Assembly: GCA_964016885.1 (NCBI GenBank)
Contig: OZ024743.1
Location: 282,100,001-282,164,000, forward strand
Source of the DNA: Eledone cirrhosa
Taxonomy: Eukaryota
Reading direction: 5' to 3'
Length of the DNA stretch: 64,000 bases
Shown here: positions 49,220 through 61,559 of the stretch, one piece after another
Layout of the letters: the number at the start of each line of letters is the position of its first letter
Numbering within the stretch: position 1 is the first letter of the stretch
Program-made: the position numbers and the translations under genes
Notes under the pieces: model-generated
Told to the model about the DNA's origin: nothing
Seen by the model: the letters and a program-made list of their open reading frames with translations, nothing else
The model's database searches: none

Positions 49220-51312
49220 TGTAGCGGTTGTCTCCCTTGTTTTGATTGGGATCTAGACGGGAGGTGGAACCCTTTCTGCGACTTCCGGTCAGAGCCCTAT
49301 AAAACTAACAACTTTAAGCTTCCTTTCTCTCTTTGCCTTTTCGGCACCAGGTCAAGAGCCTTCTCATTCGGCTCCGCCATTAATTTGGCCAACAGGCGCC
49401 TGGCCTTAGCCAGGCGTCCTCTGCCAGCCGCGTTTGCCTGGCAATCAAAATGGTAACTACTAACTTTGTTTCATTCTAACATCTATCTTTGACATGTCAA
49501 GTATACTATCTACCGTTAATTAAATATTATACACACAAACCATGTCTCGTTTTGTTACATTCATACAACCTAGTATTCTCGCTATATTGGTAACCCTGAC
49601 GTGATACGAACACGCAGCCGTTCATCGCTATAAGTGGTCACACCCCCCCCCCCCCCAAAAAAAAAGAAAAAAATAGCACATCTGGTTTTGTGAGTAACAT
49701 TACGAATACACAGCAAATTTAGCGACAAACTATGAAAATACTCAAGGGCACGCACACACGCACATGTGGAATTCGCACAGACAGACTTTTTCTCTCACGC
49801 ATCAACTAACTGTCGCATTTCACCAATATATATATATGTTTCTCGTTTCTTACAACGAACACTTTCAAAACAAAACAAAAAAAAAAACATTTCACGATAT
49901 ATATATATGTTTCTCGTTTCTTACAACGAACTCTTTCAAAAAAAAAAAAAAAAAGAAATTTGATATTCTTTAAATAACATTTCAACAGGAACATTTATTT
50001 TCGATGAACCATTGCCTTTTGTTCATCGTTCAAGTTTTTTTGTTTTTTTCCAAAGTTCACACCAATAATTATGCTGATTGAAGCCTTTCTTTTTCATCAT
50101 TGTCACTTTCAAAATTGCACTATCATTTTCTCGCGCGTTAGAAATATTTTTTTTCAACCTTGTATTGGCACGTGTAGGCAGCATAAATTCTCGATTCACT
50201 GAGATGTCTCTACTCACAGACAGCCGCACGCCAGAGATATCATTTATCACCAGGGATTCTTCAGCCTTAAGCTATATTCTTCTATTTGCCGGTTTATAAA
50301 TTTACAATGTAAATTTACAGTTGATAACCGCGCATTTATTAAGAATGCTTATTTCTCTGGTCGCTGGCCTCTTGACCCTTCCAGGTCAACGCATTCTCAA
50401 CATCGACCATCAACTTCGGCTGCTATTTCTAGCACTTTGCGCAACTCATTTTTTCTAAAAAAAAATTTTTTTACTGTGAATTTAAACACCGAATACGCTC
50501 ACTCAGCGAGACAACAGCAGCAGCAACAGCAATACATCAATACAGCTTCACCAAAGCCAGAGAATTCATTTTTGCAGCACTCTTCCTGTGAGAAAATCCA
50601 TTCGGAGGTTGGAAATTTCACGATATACTACAGAACAGAAACCACCTGCATTCATTCTCTGGAACACACTTTCTTTCCTGCTGTCATGTGATTGCACACC
50701 TGTAAACTATATTTTGAACTTTGAGCTCTTCTATTACTTTTACTTTATTACATTGTATCTTCGGGTGATGGATAGATGGATGTCCAGTCGTTCTCTGGCC
50801 AAGAGCGGTTGGCTACCTTGATATCTATCATTGATTTTTCCAAACATTCTTTTGTCGTAATTTTCATGCCTGTTACAACATTCTCGCCAACTTGCTACAT
50901 ATTTTCATTTCGATTTTTATACACTAAAATTCTGGCGGGAGGTTATGTAGCGGTTGTCTCCCTTGTTTTGATTGGGATCTAGACGGGAGGTGGAACCCTT
51001 TCTGCGACTTCCGGTCAGAGCCCTATAAAACTAACAACTTTAAGCTTCCTTTCTCTCTTTGCCTTTTCGGCACCAGGTCAAGAGCCTTCTCATTCGGCTC
51101 CGCCATTAATTTGGCCAACAGGCGCCTGGCCTTAGCCAGGCGTCCTCTGCCAGCCGCGTTTGCCTGGCAATCAAAACGGTAACTACTAACTTTGTTTCAT
51201 TCTAACATCTATCTTTGACATGTCAAGTATACTATCTACCGTTAATTAAATATTATACACACAAACCATGTCTCGTTTTGTTACATTCATACAACCTAGT
51301 ATTCTCGCTATA
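49220..51312 (+). mobile_element. Non-autonomous Gypsy-type LTR retrotransposon, recent insertion
   Basis: 367-bp LTRs at 49220-49586 and 50946-51312 (one mismatch seen), TGTAGCG..CGCTATA termini, 4-bp TSD GGTC, PBS, PPT CTGGCGGGAGG, and no gag/pol ORF. Confidence 0.93.
49588..49605 (+). promoter_or_regulatory. Primer-binding site, tRNA-Trp
   Basis: TGGTAACCCTGACGTGAT matches 16/18 of TGGTGACCCCGACGTGAT (complement of the metazoan tRNA-Trp 3' end), 1 nt after the 5' LTR. Confidence 0.8.
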
Positions 51313-51317
51313 GGTCT

Positions 51318-51760
51318 ATGGTATAGTGCTGATGTGATAGAGTGGAGATGTGATGAACCTAAGGAGCTTGATAGAAAAACCAGGAAAATGATGATACTAC
51401 AAGTGGCTCTACACCCCTAAAGTGACGTGGACAAGTTGTATCTATCACAACAGAGAGGAGAAAGAGGTCGTATTAGCTGTGAAATGTGAAACTAAGTTGG
51501 CATGGTATGTAAAGATTTCAAAGGAGATATTGATGGCAGGAGTAAGAAAGATAAAGGTCCTAAACAGTGATGAAGCACAAGAAAAGGGAGAATTTAAACA
51601 AGACAGACAGAATGATACATTGAATAGATGGAAGGAAAAAAAATTGTATGGTCAATTCGTACATGAAATGAAACAGGTGACAAAGATAGGAACTGGGAAT
51701 GGACTAAGAAAAGTGACTGAAAAGTTAAAACTGAGGCCCTTATTGTTGCAGCCCAGTAAC
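51318..51760 (+). mobile_element. R4/Dong-clade fragment (RT thumb region)
   Basis: Decayed LDRKTRKMM..ALHPKSDVDKLY..WKEKKLYGQF..KTEALIVAAQ. Confidence 0.7.
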
Positions 51761-51764
51761 TGTT

Positions 51765-52712
51765 AGAGATATTTGCCAAGATGCTAAATGCACCTGGAAA
51801 AGTAGGAGTTGAAATAATAAGCTGCATAATCAATCAGGTAATACAGGATGGAGTCATACCCAATGACTTGTGCAGCAGTACAATCATAAATTGTTACAAC
51901 GGAAAATGTGATGCTCTATTAGAAAGGAGCTATAGAGGAATAAAACTAATGGACCAAGTTATGAAAGTGGCTGAAAGAGCTATAGCACAGTTAATTAGGG
52001 AAAGAGTCAAATTAGAAAGATGCAAATTAGACTAACAGGAAAAGAAGACTTTGTATGTAAAAAATACACAGAGCCTATCGAAGGGAATATATAAACTTAT
52101 TCCAATCACATGATGGACCCATAGAAGTGGTTCATAATTTCTGCTATCTAGGTGACCAAATTAACAGCAAAAGGTGCTCTAAGAGCATAATAGCTAAATT
52201 AAGGATAGGATGGAAGAAGTTTAGAGAGCTACTCTCACTGTTGATAACAAAAAGTTTTTCTCTACATACAAAAGGACAACTGTATGATACCTGGGAACAT
52301 GGGTAATGGTTGAAGAGGACATGCGTAGGTTGGAGAGAAATGAAGCAACCATGCTTCAATGGATTTGCAATGTAAATGTGAGAGAAAGGCAGAGCTTCGA
52401 TGAACTGAGGGAATAACTGGGTTTAAGAGGAATCCAAAGTGGTGTGCAAGAGAAAAGACTGCATTGGTACAGACATGTGATGTGCATGGATAATGATTGG
52501 TGGATGAAGAAGTGCCAAGAAATCCCAGTGGAAGAAAGCTGCAGTAGAGGTAGACCAAGGAAGACCTGGGCAGAAGTGGGGTGAGCTGATTTCAAATCAC
52601 TACTCACAGAGATGACAAAGAAATATGGCGAGTAGAGAGATGTTGTGCTGAAAAGGACCCATCCAACCTATGCAAGCATGGAAAGTTGGACGTAAAACCG
52701 ATCATGATGATG
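51765..52712 (+). mobile_element. Old, internally deleted RTE LINE
   Basis: YRGIKLMDQVMK, FCYLGDQI and GRPRKTW remnants, with a GAT tail. Confidence 0.8.
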
Positions 52713-53005
52713 AGTTATGCAGTGAAAGTGATGTACTTACAAGTAACAGAACTAAAAAAAAGAACAAGAATTTGAAGTGGTAAGCTCCCCAATAATCATG
52801 GGCTTATATCAACCACTCCCCCACCCCTTTGATAAAGTGCATATTTAGGAAACCAATGTTATGGTACATTCCTGTTATATATTCTGAAATCATATCCTAT
52901 CAGGATTAACTATCCTTTGGAGAAATTTTAGAATAGACTCACTCTACCTTTGAACACACTAAAGAGGTGAACTGGCATTTTCCCTTGAACACACACACAC
53001 ACTCA

Positions 53006-53063
<58 letters not shown>

Positions 53064-53559
53064 GTGTGAATGATATATCTGTACCGTAGATTGGTACCTT
53101 ACATTGAATACAATAACCTGTAAACTTGCATGTCAAAATTTTATGTTTAATACCATTTTTATCCTAGACTGATCTAGAACTTTTCAGTCACATGACAGCA
53201 TGTTATGAAACCTGATAAAAATTTCAAGTTTTTGAAGAATTTCCAAAATTCTACCTGGGCAAATGCATATTTTCTTTGCTCACTCAACAATGTTTTTTCA
53301 CTGTGACTTCTTATTAAGAAACAAAGTATTGCATGTTCTAGGGAATCAAGAGAATTAGGCAATCCCATGGTATTCATTATTTAGCCAAGCTAATAGTTAC
53401 AGAAAACAAATGCACATGCTATATTACATTATTTTTATTGTAATTAATGTTTCAGCTATTGTGTGTATTATTTTTTTCTATTTAGTAACCTTATGTAGTG
53501 TAAAGAAAAAGAGATTATAATTTGTACACAATTTTTTTTTTTTTTGCTTGTTATTTAAT

Positions 53560-53705
53560 AATAGTTTCTACTTTAGGCACAAGGCCAGCAATTGCTCAGT
53601 GCATTACTGGTACTTTATTTTATCGACCCCCGTAAGGATGAAAGGCAAAGTAAACCTTGGCGGGATTTGAACTCAGAATGGCAAGGACCGTAACTCTTTG
53701 CGTCA
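53560..53705 (-). mobile_element. Meta/MESC-like SINE
   Basis: Matches the 714-862 copy. Confidence 0.8.
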
Positions 53706-54234
53706 ATTTAATAATAGACTGTGGTTTAGCTTTCTGATTTTGTCTCATTTCATTACAAAGTCAATAAAATAAGTGCCAGTAATGTATTCAGGTCTCATGG
53801 GTACAGGCATGGTTATTTGTTTAAGAAGTTTATTTTACATTTGCAATGCTCCAGGTTTGATCCCAGCATGTTACACCTTGGGTTGATCCAATACTTGTGA
53901 GAGAGAGAACTTAGTAGATATAGATTGTGCAGAAGTCTGTCTAATGGACTGTACCTGCTCATGAGAGAGTAGACTTAACCTGTCTCACAGTTAAACACTA
54001 TTAGCTGGCCCTTGAATGTCTTTTGCATAGTCAGTTCTGTTATCAGTATTTTGATTAGGTCTTGAGTCTGAGGATAACTCAGCCATGAGACTTGCTGCTT
54101 TCTATTGTATCAAACCTTAAGTCTTTATCCTTTCCTCACCCCAGTCTCTGTGATCCTGCAAAATACCATGATTATCCACTTCCTATAAATGAGTCATAAA
54201 AATGTTGACTATATCCCCCATCCCCACCTGCATG

Positions 54235-54460
54235 CCTACTGGTTAGGATGCTGGATTCACAATCATAAGGTTGTGGACTTGATCCTTGGACCAGATAGCA
54301 CATTGTGTTCTACAGCAAAACATTTTGTTTCATGTTGCTCTAGCCAACTTAGCTGGGGATTAACCCTGCAATGGACTGGCATATACTCTCAGTTGCTTAA
54401 TGCCAATGAAACTGGGATAAGCTTTAGCCTGACAAGCTTCTGGGCATGGAACAGACTTTA
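54235..54460 (+). mobile_element. Decayed tRNA-derived SINE (46945 family)
   Basis: TGGTTAGGATG..CAAAACATTT..CCCTGCAATGGACTGG. Confidence 0.6.
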
Positions 54461-54759
54461 ACATTTAATCTCAGGTGTATGGCAATAATTGTACTGGGGT
54501 ATCAACAAAGGAAATAGGTTTTTAATGATATCAGCAAAACCTTCAACCTTCAAACTGCCTGCTTATGTGATCCCTCCACTTCTTGGTTTAGAGGCTTCCT
54601 GTTAAACCATTCTTGGTTTAGAGGTTTTACTGCTAAACCATTCGATCTGGACATGAATCTGTACACTGAACTCTAGTATTCTTAAATGTTGTAATATTTA
54701 TACATAAAAAAATCTATTTGTCATTACTTTCAGCCACACAGTCTTATGAAAATGAGGAC

Positions 54760-55183
54760 AGAGGGGGTCCAGTCATGTACTTGACAATGTAGAGTGGTTA
54801 ATGATCAAACAGAGACAATATAAGGTATGGATAACACTTCAGTCTTACCAAGTACATGACTTCTCCAGTGCTGGTGACACAATAAAATGCACTCAGTTCA
54901 CTCTATAAAGTGAGAGCAGTGGTGCCACAATAGAATGTGTGCAGTGCATTCTGTAAGGTGGAAGTGCTGGTGTCATGATAAAATGAACCTGGTATAATCT
55001 GTAAAGGGTTTCGTGTTAAGAGGAGCATCCATTTGTAGAAAGCATGCCAATATATGGAATGTATGGGTAAGATGTGGCTCTCTGACCATTCTAGTCTCAG
55101 CCTGTGACAATCTGGCTACCCTATGCCAGCATGGAAAGCAGACATAAAATAATGATGATGATGATGATAATGATGATGATGAT
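54760..55183 (+). mobile_element. Old RTE 3'UTR remnant
   Basis: CTGTAAAG..GTGTTAAGAGGAGCATCC..CTATGCCAGCATGGAAAGCAGAC followed by (GAT)n. Confidence 0.65.
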
Positions 55184-55514
55184 AACTCTTTTCACTCCTC
55201 AAAAACTATTCACACTCACATACAACCTAGACACCTTAAGCAGACTGCTTCCATGAACAGGGATCTCAAAAATATCCTTCAATGTTAATAACCCAGTCTC
55301 CTCCTACAACACCAAAATAAAATTTACCTCCAACAGTTTTGTTGATGAGTGGTCCAGTAGTTTGATCAATGGTCCAGCCTGCTCATGAAATTACTGTGCA
55401 AGTGACTGAGCATTCCATAGCCACATGTAACGTTAATGTAATTCTTGGGGAAATTCAGCTTGACACAGTATGTGACAAGGTTAATCATTTGAATTACAAG
55501 TACTCTCCATCTGA

Positions 55515-55665
55515 TAGGCTTCAAAGCAGTTTCTGTCTACCCAATTTCACTCACAAGACATTGGTCAACTCGAGGTTAGGGTAAATGGCACTTGCCCAAG
55601 ATGCCACACAGTGGGATCGAAACTGAGAACTCAAGAGCGTCAAGTAAACTTCTTAACCATACTGC
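55515..55665 (-). mobile_element. Decayed tRNA-derived SINE (third family; related copy ~53805-53940, plus strand)
   Basis: Minus strand: GGTTAAGAAGTTT..TTCGATCCCACTG..CTTGGGCAAGTG..GTGAGTGAAATTGGGTAGACAGAAACTG. Confidence 0.6.
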
Positions 55666-55914
55666 ATCTGAGACATCAACACACAATTCTATATATATCA
55701 ACAAAACATAAACATAGTTAAAAAGTTTAATGATGTTAAATATGCTAAGCCTTGCAATTAGTGAGGATCTCTCATAATGGTGTAAATCCTGATGAAATCA
55801 TGGAGATGTCATACATCGTGTCTTGGCAATTGTAAACCTAGTAGAGCCCATCCCTTTTTCAGGTTGAAACACAGCCAATTTCTTCCAGGGGAAGTAAGAA
55901 AGAGATATAGAGAA

Positions 55915-56065
55915 AGAATTGATCATAGTACTGGACTGGTACTTTTTATGGACCTCGAAAGGATGAAAGGCAAAGTTGACCTTGGCAGGATTTGAACACA
56001 GAAAGCCAGGAAAAACACTACAAAGCATTCTGTCAGATGTTCTAATAACGCTGACAATTCTCTGC
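55915..56065 (-). mobile_element. Decayed Meta/MESC-like SINE
   Basis: CTGGTACTTT..GACCTCGAAAGGATGAAAGGCAAAGTTGACCTTGGCAGGATTTGAAC. Confidence 0.7.
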
Positions 56066-56139
56066 CTTCTCTCAGAGCTAATAAGTTTTATGTATGTGCT
56101 AGGGATACATACATGTATACACACACACATATATATACA

Positions 56140-57962
56140 CAAATAGATATACTAAATGGTGTCATATCAAATTATTTGTGCAGCGGCATCAGTGTCAATT
56201 GCAACAAGGGTAAAGGAGATGCACTAGATAGAGGAAACTATAGAGGCATCAAGTTGATGGACCAGGTCATGAAAGTAACTGAAAAAGTTATAGCACAGCT
56301 GATTAGGGACCAGTTTAATCTAGATGAGATGCAGTTCATATTTGTGCCAGGTAAAAGCATCACAGATGCTACCTTGTGAAGCAGCTACAGAAGTACCTAA
56401 AAGTAAGCCATTCTACCTGGCATCTGTTGATCTGGAGAGAGCTTTTGACAGAGTCCCCTGTGCCATAATCTGGTGGACTCTTAGAAAACTAGAAGTAGAT
56501 GAGTGGCTTGTGAAGGCTGTACAAGCCATGTTTGGGGGAACAGTCAGCAAAGTTAGGATTAACAACGACTATAGGGAGGAATTTAGCATACAGGCTGGTG
56601 TTCACCAGGGCTCTGTTCTTAGCCCTCTCCTGTTTATTATCATACTGTAGGCTATAACAGAGGAGTTTAAGACTGGCTGCTCAGGGAACTCCTGTAGGCA
56701 GATGATCTTACTCACATAGCTGAATCTGTGACACAATTAGAGAAGAAATTCCAAATCTGGAAACATTGCCTAGAAACAAAGGTTCTTAGAGTCAACCTGA
56801 CGATGACTAAGGTCCCAGTAAGTAAAAAGGAAAACAGAACCCTGATCCCCTCAGGGAAATGGCCTTGCTCGGTGTATAGGAAAGGTGTAGTTAGGAATTC
56901 CATCTTCTGTCCCAAATGCAAACTATGGGTACACAAGAGATGTAGTGGGATCTCAGATAGTTTAGCTAAAAGCGTGGCCTTTACATGTAGTCATTGCATC
57001 AGAATAGTAAGCAGCAAACAACCACAGGAAACAAGCACTATCAAATTCTGGGAGGGCTCTGTAGAAACAGTAGACAGCTTCTGCTACCTGGGTGACTAAA
57101 TTAGCAGCAGGGGTGGGTGTTCTGAAATTACAGTAGCCAGGGTAAGAAGAGGATGGAAGAAGTTAAGTATGATGCATGTATATGAACAGCAATGTTACAT
57201 GGTAGTGAGATTTGGTTGCTGTGTGCAGAGGACATTGTAGATTGGAAAGAAATGAAGCTGGCATGCTTCAATGGATATGTAACAATACATCAACAGCAAA
57301 GCATAAATGAACTGAGAAAGAAACTAGGCATAAGAGGAATCAGATGCAGTATGCAGGAGATGAGATTGTGTTGGTATGAACATGTGTATGATGGATTACA
57401 GCTGTGTAAAAAGATGCAGAGCACTCAAAGTTGATGGAAGCCATGAAGTGGGAAGACTCAGTTGATAAAAGCTAATCTTGCATAATTGCACCTCTCAAAA
57501 GCAATGACACATGACCGAAATCTCTGGCATTATGTAATAATACAGGAAACCTGCCTTCCCATGAGCACAGGCTGAAGCATACATCTGATGTGCACCACTT
57601 CACCTACATCCCACCCCCTTCCATATACCTCCCAAGTCCTAACACTCCACTCCTCCCACACACCCAAATACCTACCTCCCCCACCAAAGTCACACTGTAA
57701 AGTGGTCGTGACTGCAACATGACAAAATGCCCAGCCCACACTGTGAAGTGGTCGTGTAGGCGGCACAGTAAAAAAGCACCCAGTACTCACTGTAAATGTA
57801 GTTGGTGTTAGGAAGGGAATCCAGCTGTAGAAACCAAGCCAAATGCAGTTCTGTATGAACAAGACATGGTCACCTGACCTTGCATTTCTCACAACAGGAC
57901 AACTCGTCTAACCCATGCTAACGTGGAAAAATGGACGTTAAACGGTGATGATAATGATGATG
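56140..57962 (+). mobile_element. Decayed RTE LINE
   Basis: Multiple broken RT ORFs (56113-57434), 3'UTR and GAT tail. Confidence 0.88.
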
Positions 57963-58538
57963 CAGGAGTGTTTGGCAAACTGATGAAGGGGGATAGCCGA
58001 ATATACATATATATATTGTACATGATTTACACCTCCCATTTTATTGTTACGGATTTGGATGTCATATACATCGAAAACAAACGAAAAAAGAAAAACATTC
58101 CCACCAAGGCAACCCCTACCGTTTTCGAAAAAAAAAAGTTGATTGCAAGTGAGTTGGAGATTGTACTAGTTGAAAACACGAAAAAAAATAGGCAAAAATT
58201 CATTCCTTACAGAACCCTAGTGGGGGCTTTTCTATAAATTTAAATGCAGAGAGGTGTTTATTGTAACCTCGAGGGCCCTGTTCCCAGCCCCTCTTTTTTC
58301 AGGTAAAGGAGTCGTTTGCGAGTGAAATGGATGTCAGATTCATTGAAAACAAACGAAAAACCCTAGAAAAAAAAGGAAATCCCAGCAAAGAAAACTCCGA
58401 AGGTCCCTCTCCCTTACCGTTTTGGACAATTTAGTTGTAGTGATTAGTTTAGCTCTTTGCACTCTAAAATGTTCAGAAAACTTTGATATGCGATAAACAT
58501 AACATATACATAAATTGTAGCGCATATACAAATAGATA

Positions 58539-60222
58539 GAAAGAGTTATAGCACAGCTGATTAGGGACCGGGTGAATATAGACGAGATGCAATTTGGGTT
58601 TGTACCAGGGAAAGGCACCACTGATGCCCTCTTCCTTGTGAGGCAATTACAGGAAAAGTACCTAGCTAAAAGTAAGCCACTCTACTTGGCATTTGTCGAC
58701 CTTGAGAAAGCCTTTGACAGAGTTCCACGTGCAGTAATCTGGTGGGCTCTTAGAAAACTAGGAGTAGATGAATGGCTTGTGAAAGCGGTACAAGCCATGT
58801 ATAGGGGAGCAGTCAGCAAAGTTAGGATTGGCAATGAGTATAGCGAGGAATTTAGCGTACAGGTTGGGGTCCACCAGGGCTCTGTTCTTAGCCCTCTCCT
58901 GTTCATCATAGTCCTGCAGGCAATAACGGAGGAGTTTAAGACCGGATGCCCATGGGAACTCCTGTATGCTGATGACCTCGCACTCATAGCTGAATCTATG
59001 GTAGAACTAGAGAATAAATTCCAAACCTGGAAGCAGGGACTAGAGAGAAAGGGCCTCAAAGTCAACATGACAAAGACTAAGGTCCTTATAAGTAGACGAG
59101 AAAACAGAACCCAGATCCCCTCAGGGAAATGGCCTTGCTCAGTATGTAGGAAAGGTGTAGGTAGGAACTCCATTCTCTGCCCCAAATGCAAACAATGGGT
59201 ACACAAGAGATGTAGCGGGATCTCAGGAAGCTTAATTAAGAATGTAGGATTCACATGCAGCAGCTGTGCTGAAACAGCAAGCAAACAGCCACAGGAAACA
59301 AGTACCACCAATCTCTGGGAGGGCCCTGTAGAAACAGTAGACAGCTTCTGCTACCTAGGTGACCGAATTAGCAGCGGAGGTGGGTGCTCAGAAAGTACAA
59401 TAACTAGGGTAAGAACGGGATGGAAGAAGTTTAGGGAACTACTACCACTGCTAGCTGCAAAAGGCTTCTCCCTCAGAATGAAAGGCAGACTGTATGATGC
59501 GTGTATCCGAACAGCGATGTTGCATGGTAGTGAGACCTGGGCGCTGAAGGTGGAAGACTTACGTAGATTAAAGAGAAACGAAGCCTGCATGCTCCGATGG
59601 ATGTGTAACAGTAATATACGTGAACGACAAAGCATAAAGGAATTGAGAGAGAGACTGAGCATAAGAGGAATCAAATGCTGCGTGCAGGAGAGGCGGTTAC
59701 ACTGGTATGGACATGTGATGCGTATGAAGGATGACAGCTGCATAAAAAGGTGCAGAGCACTAGAAGTTGATGGAAACCGCGGAGTGGGGAGACCCAAGAT
59801 GACTTGGGATGAGGTGATAAAAGCCGACCTTACCCAACTACACCTCTCAAAGTCAATGACACACGACCGTGACTTCTGGCGTCACGCAGTAATACAGGGT
59901 ACCCGACCTCCCATGGGTACATGCTGAAGCATATAAACAATATGCCCCCCCACCACAAGGTGGTCGTGGAGGTGCCACGGCAAAAAAGCACCCAGCCCAC
60001 ACTGTAAAGTGGACGTGTAGGCGCCACGAAAAAGCACCCAGCACTCACTGTAAATGAGGTTGGTGTTAGGAAGGGCATCCAGCTGTAGAAATCAAGCCAG
60101 ATCAGTTCCTGTATGAGCAAGGCATGGTCAGCCGACCAGACACTGCCCACAACAGGACAAGCCGTCTAACCCATGCTAGCGTGGAAGAACGGACGTAAAA
60201 CGGTGATGATGATGATGATGAT
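58539..60222 (+). mobile_element. Young 5'-truncated RTE LINE (uninterrupted ORF to 59927)
   Basis: RT, PHD-like finger, C-terminus and (GAT)n tail. Confidence 0.93.
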
Positions 60223-60261
60223 ATACGTTTTGGTAGTTTAGGGAGAAAATATAATTACATC

Positions 60262-60377
60262 GGGCTGAAAATCAGAGACATGAGAGCGACCGAACATTTA
60301 GCAGCTTCTACCCTGCTTGGCCGCCCTCTAGAAGCTACTAAATGTTCGGTCGCCCTCATGTCTCTGATTTTCAGCCC
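60262..60377. repeat. Hairpin, 49-bp arms, 18-nt loop, upstream of a hammerhead remnant
   Basis: 60262-60310 is the reverse complement of 60329-60377 (2 mismatches). Confidence 0.9.
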
Positions 60378-60416
60378 CATGGATTTTGTCTATTATATTC
60401 CTTTGTTATATTTCGA

Positions 60417-60474
60417 ATACCTGATGATGTCACCGGATTCATACTGAACCCAGTCATTGAAATAATCATAGTAT
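60417..60474 (+). ncRNA. Degenerate type-I hammerhead
   Basis: ATAC CTGATGA TGTCAC..AGTCATT GAAA TAATCA TA GTAT. Stem II is imperfect. Confidence 0.5.
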
Positions 60475-60520
60475 AATAAACCTTTAAGAAATTACACCAG
60501 TCCAGCCTCCTGTTATTTTA

Positions 60521-60571
60521 TAACCCATGCTAGCGTGGAAAATGGACGTTAAACGAAGATGATGATGATGA

Positions 60572-60574
<3 letters not shown>
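60521..60574 (+). mobile_element. RTE extreme 3' end only
   Basis: TAACCCATGCTAGCGTGGAAAATGGACGTTAAACG followed by (GAT)n. Confidence 0.8.
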
Positions 60575-60612
<38 letters not shown>

Positions 60613-60618
<6 letters not shown>

Positions 60619-60756
60619 TTTATTATGGCTATTGGTGAGCTTAGTTACTCTAAAGTTTTACCTGTGCACTCACAGGATCACCTGTCTTATCTGGTGATCC
60701 TGTGAGTACGCAGGTAAGACTCCAGAGTAACAAGGCTTGGCCATAGTAAATGAATA
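60613..60756. repeat. Imperfect palindrome (~65-bp arms, 10-nt loop) abutting (TA)n
   Basis: ..ACCTGTGCACTCACAGGATCACC TGTCTTATCT GGTGATCCTGTGAGTACGCAGGT.., with outer arms TATTCATTTA / TAAATGAATA. Confidence 0.85.
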
Positions 60757-61559
60757 TTTTAACTATTTCAGTTTTGAGTTTTCATTACTACTCCCGTCAA
60801 TAATTCACGTACTCTCAAGTATGTCTTGCATAATCGTCCCCATCCCCGCCTATTAATTTGTCAGATCCCCACCACCACCACCACCTTATTAAATTTTGCT
60901 AATCTATCTCCAGCGAAATTTTATTGCGATTCATACAGCAGCTGGAGAATCTAATAATAATCTTATTTTACATTAAAAAATATTATATATGACAAAAGAA
61001 GAACATTACAAGAAATCCCATATTTACAAACGTACACTATACAATTATTGATTTGTAGTGGAGCATGGTGTGTATCAATAATCTATCCAGGCATGATTTG
61101 GCTAAAGTCAGACCAATCGTAAGCCACGTATGGATATATATCAACTTCCGCCAGCTCAAAGATTTCCCCGCTTCTTTCGTTTACAGACTATTTTGCTGCT
61201 TGAAAGAAAAACACGCTATTATGTAACGGTAAGATTTTCACTTTGGCCTGTCGGCCTCTTTCAACTCGGCACAGCATATTTCTTTACTTTTTAAAATTCT
61301 TAATTTTGTTTGTTCTTTTCTTTGACTTGTCAACCCAGCTTAACTTTTGTAATCAGTTGTAAATAAAACTTGTAAAATATTATGAAGTCTCGTAATATTT
61401 TCTGCAAAGCCTACAACATTCACTTTAAGGCTAACTTTGCCTCTCTCTCACTTAACAGACGTTACATTTCTTACCATAACAAATAATAACAATAATTTAA
61501 CATTATTTCTTATTGATATTATGCCAACATGGCATAATATTATTTTTCTGCTAAAGATT

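Noticed and set aside
49220-49586. LTR retrozyme interpretation of the small LTR element
   Set aside because: No hammerhead core found in the LTRs on either strand, and the interior shows pol-like decay.
53174-53377. ORF in the least repetitive stretch as a host gene fragment
   Set aside because: Short, with no recognisable motif or convincing splice context.
57990-58538. Helitron assignment for this repeat and 60780-62575
   Set aside because: Internal subrepeats are suggestive, but I could not identify 5'-TC, a 3' hairpin or CTRR ends. Left unclassified.
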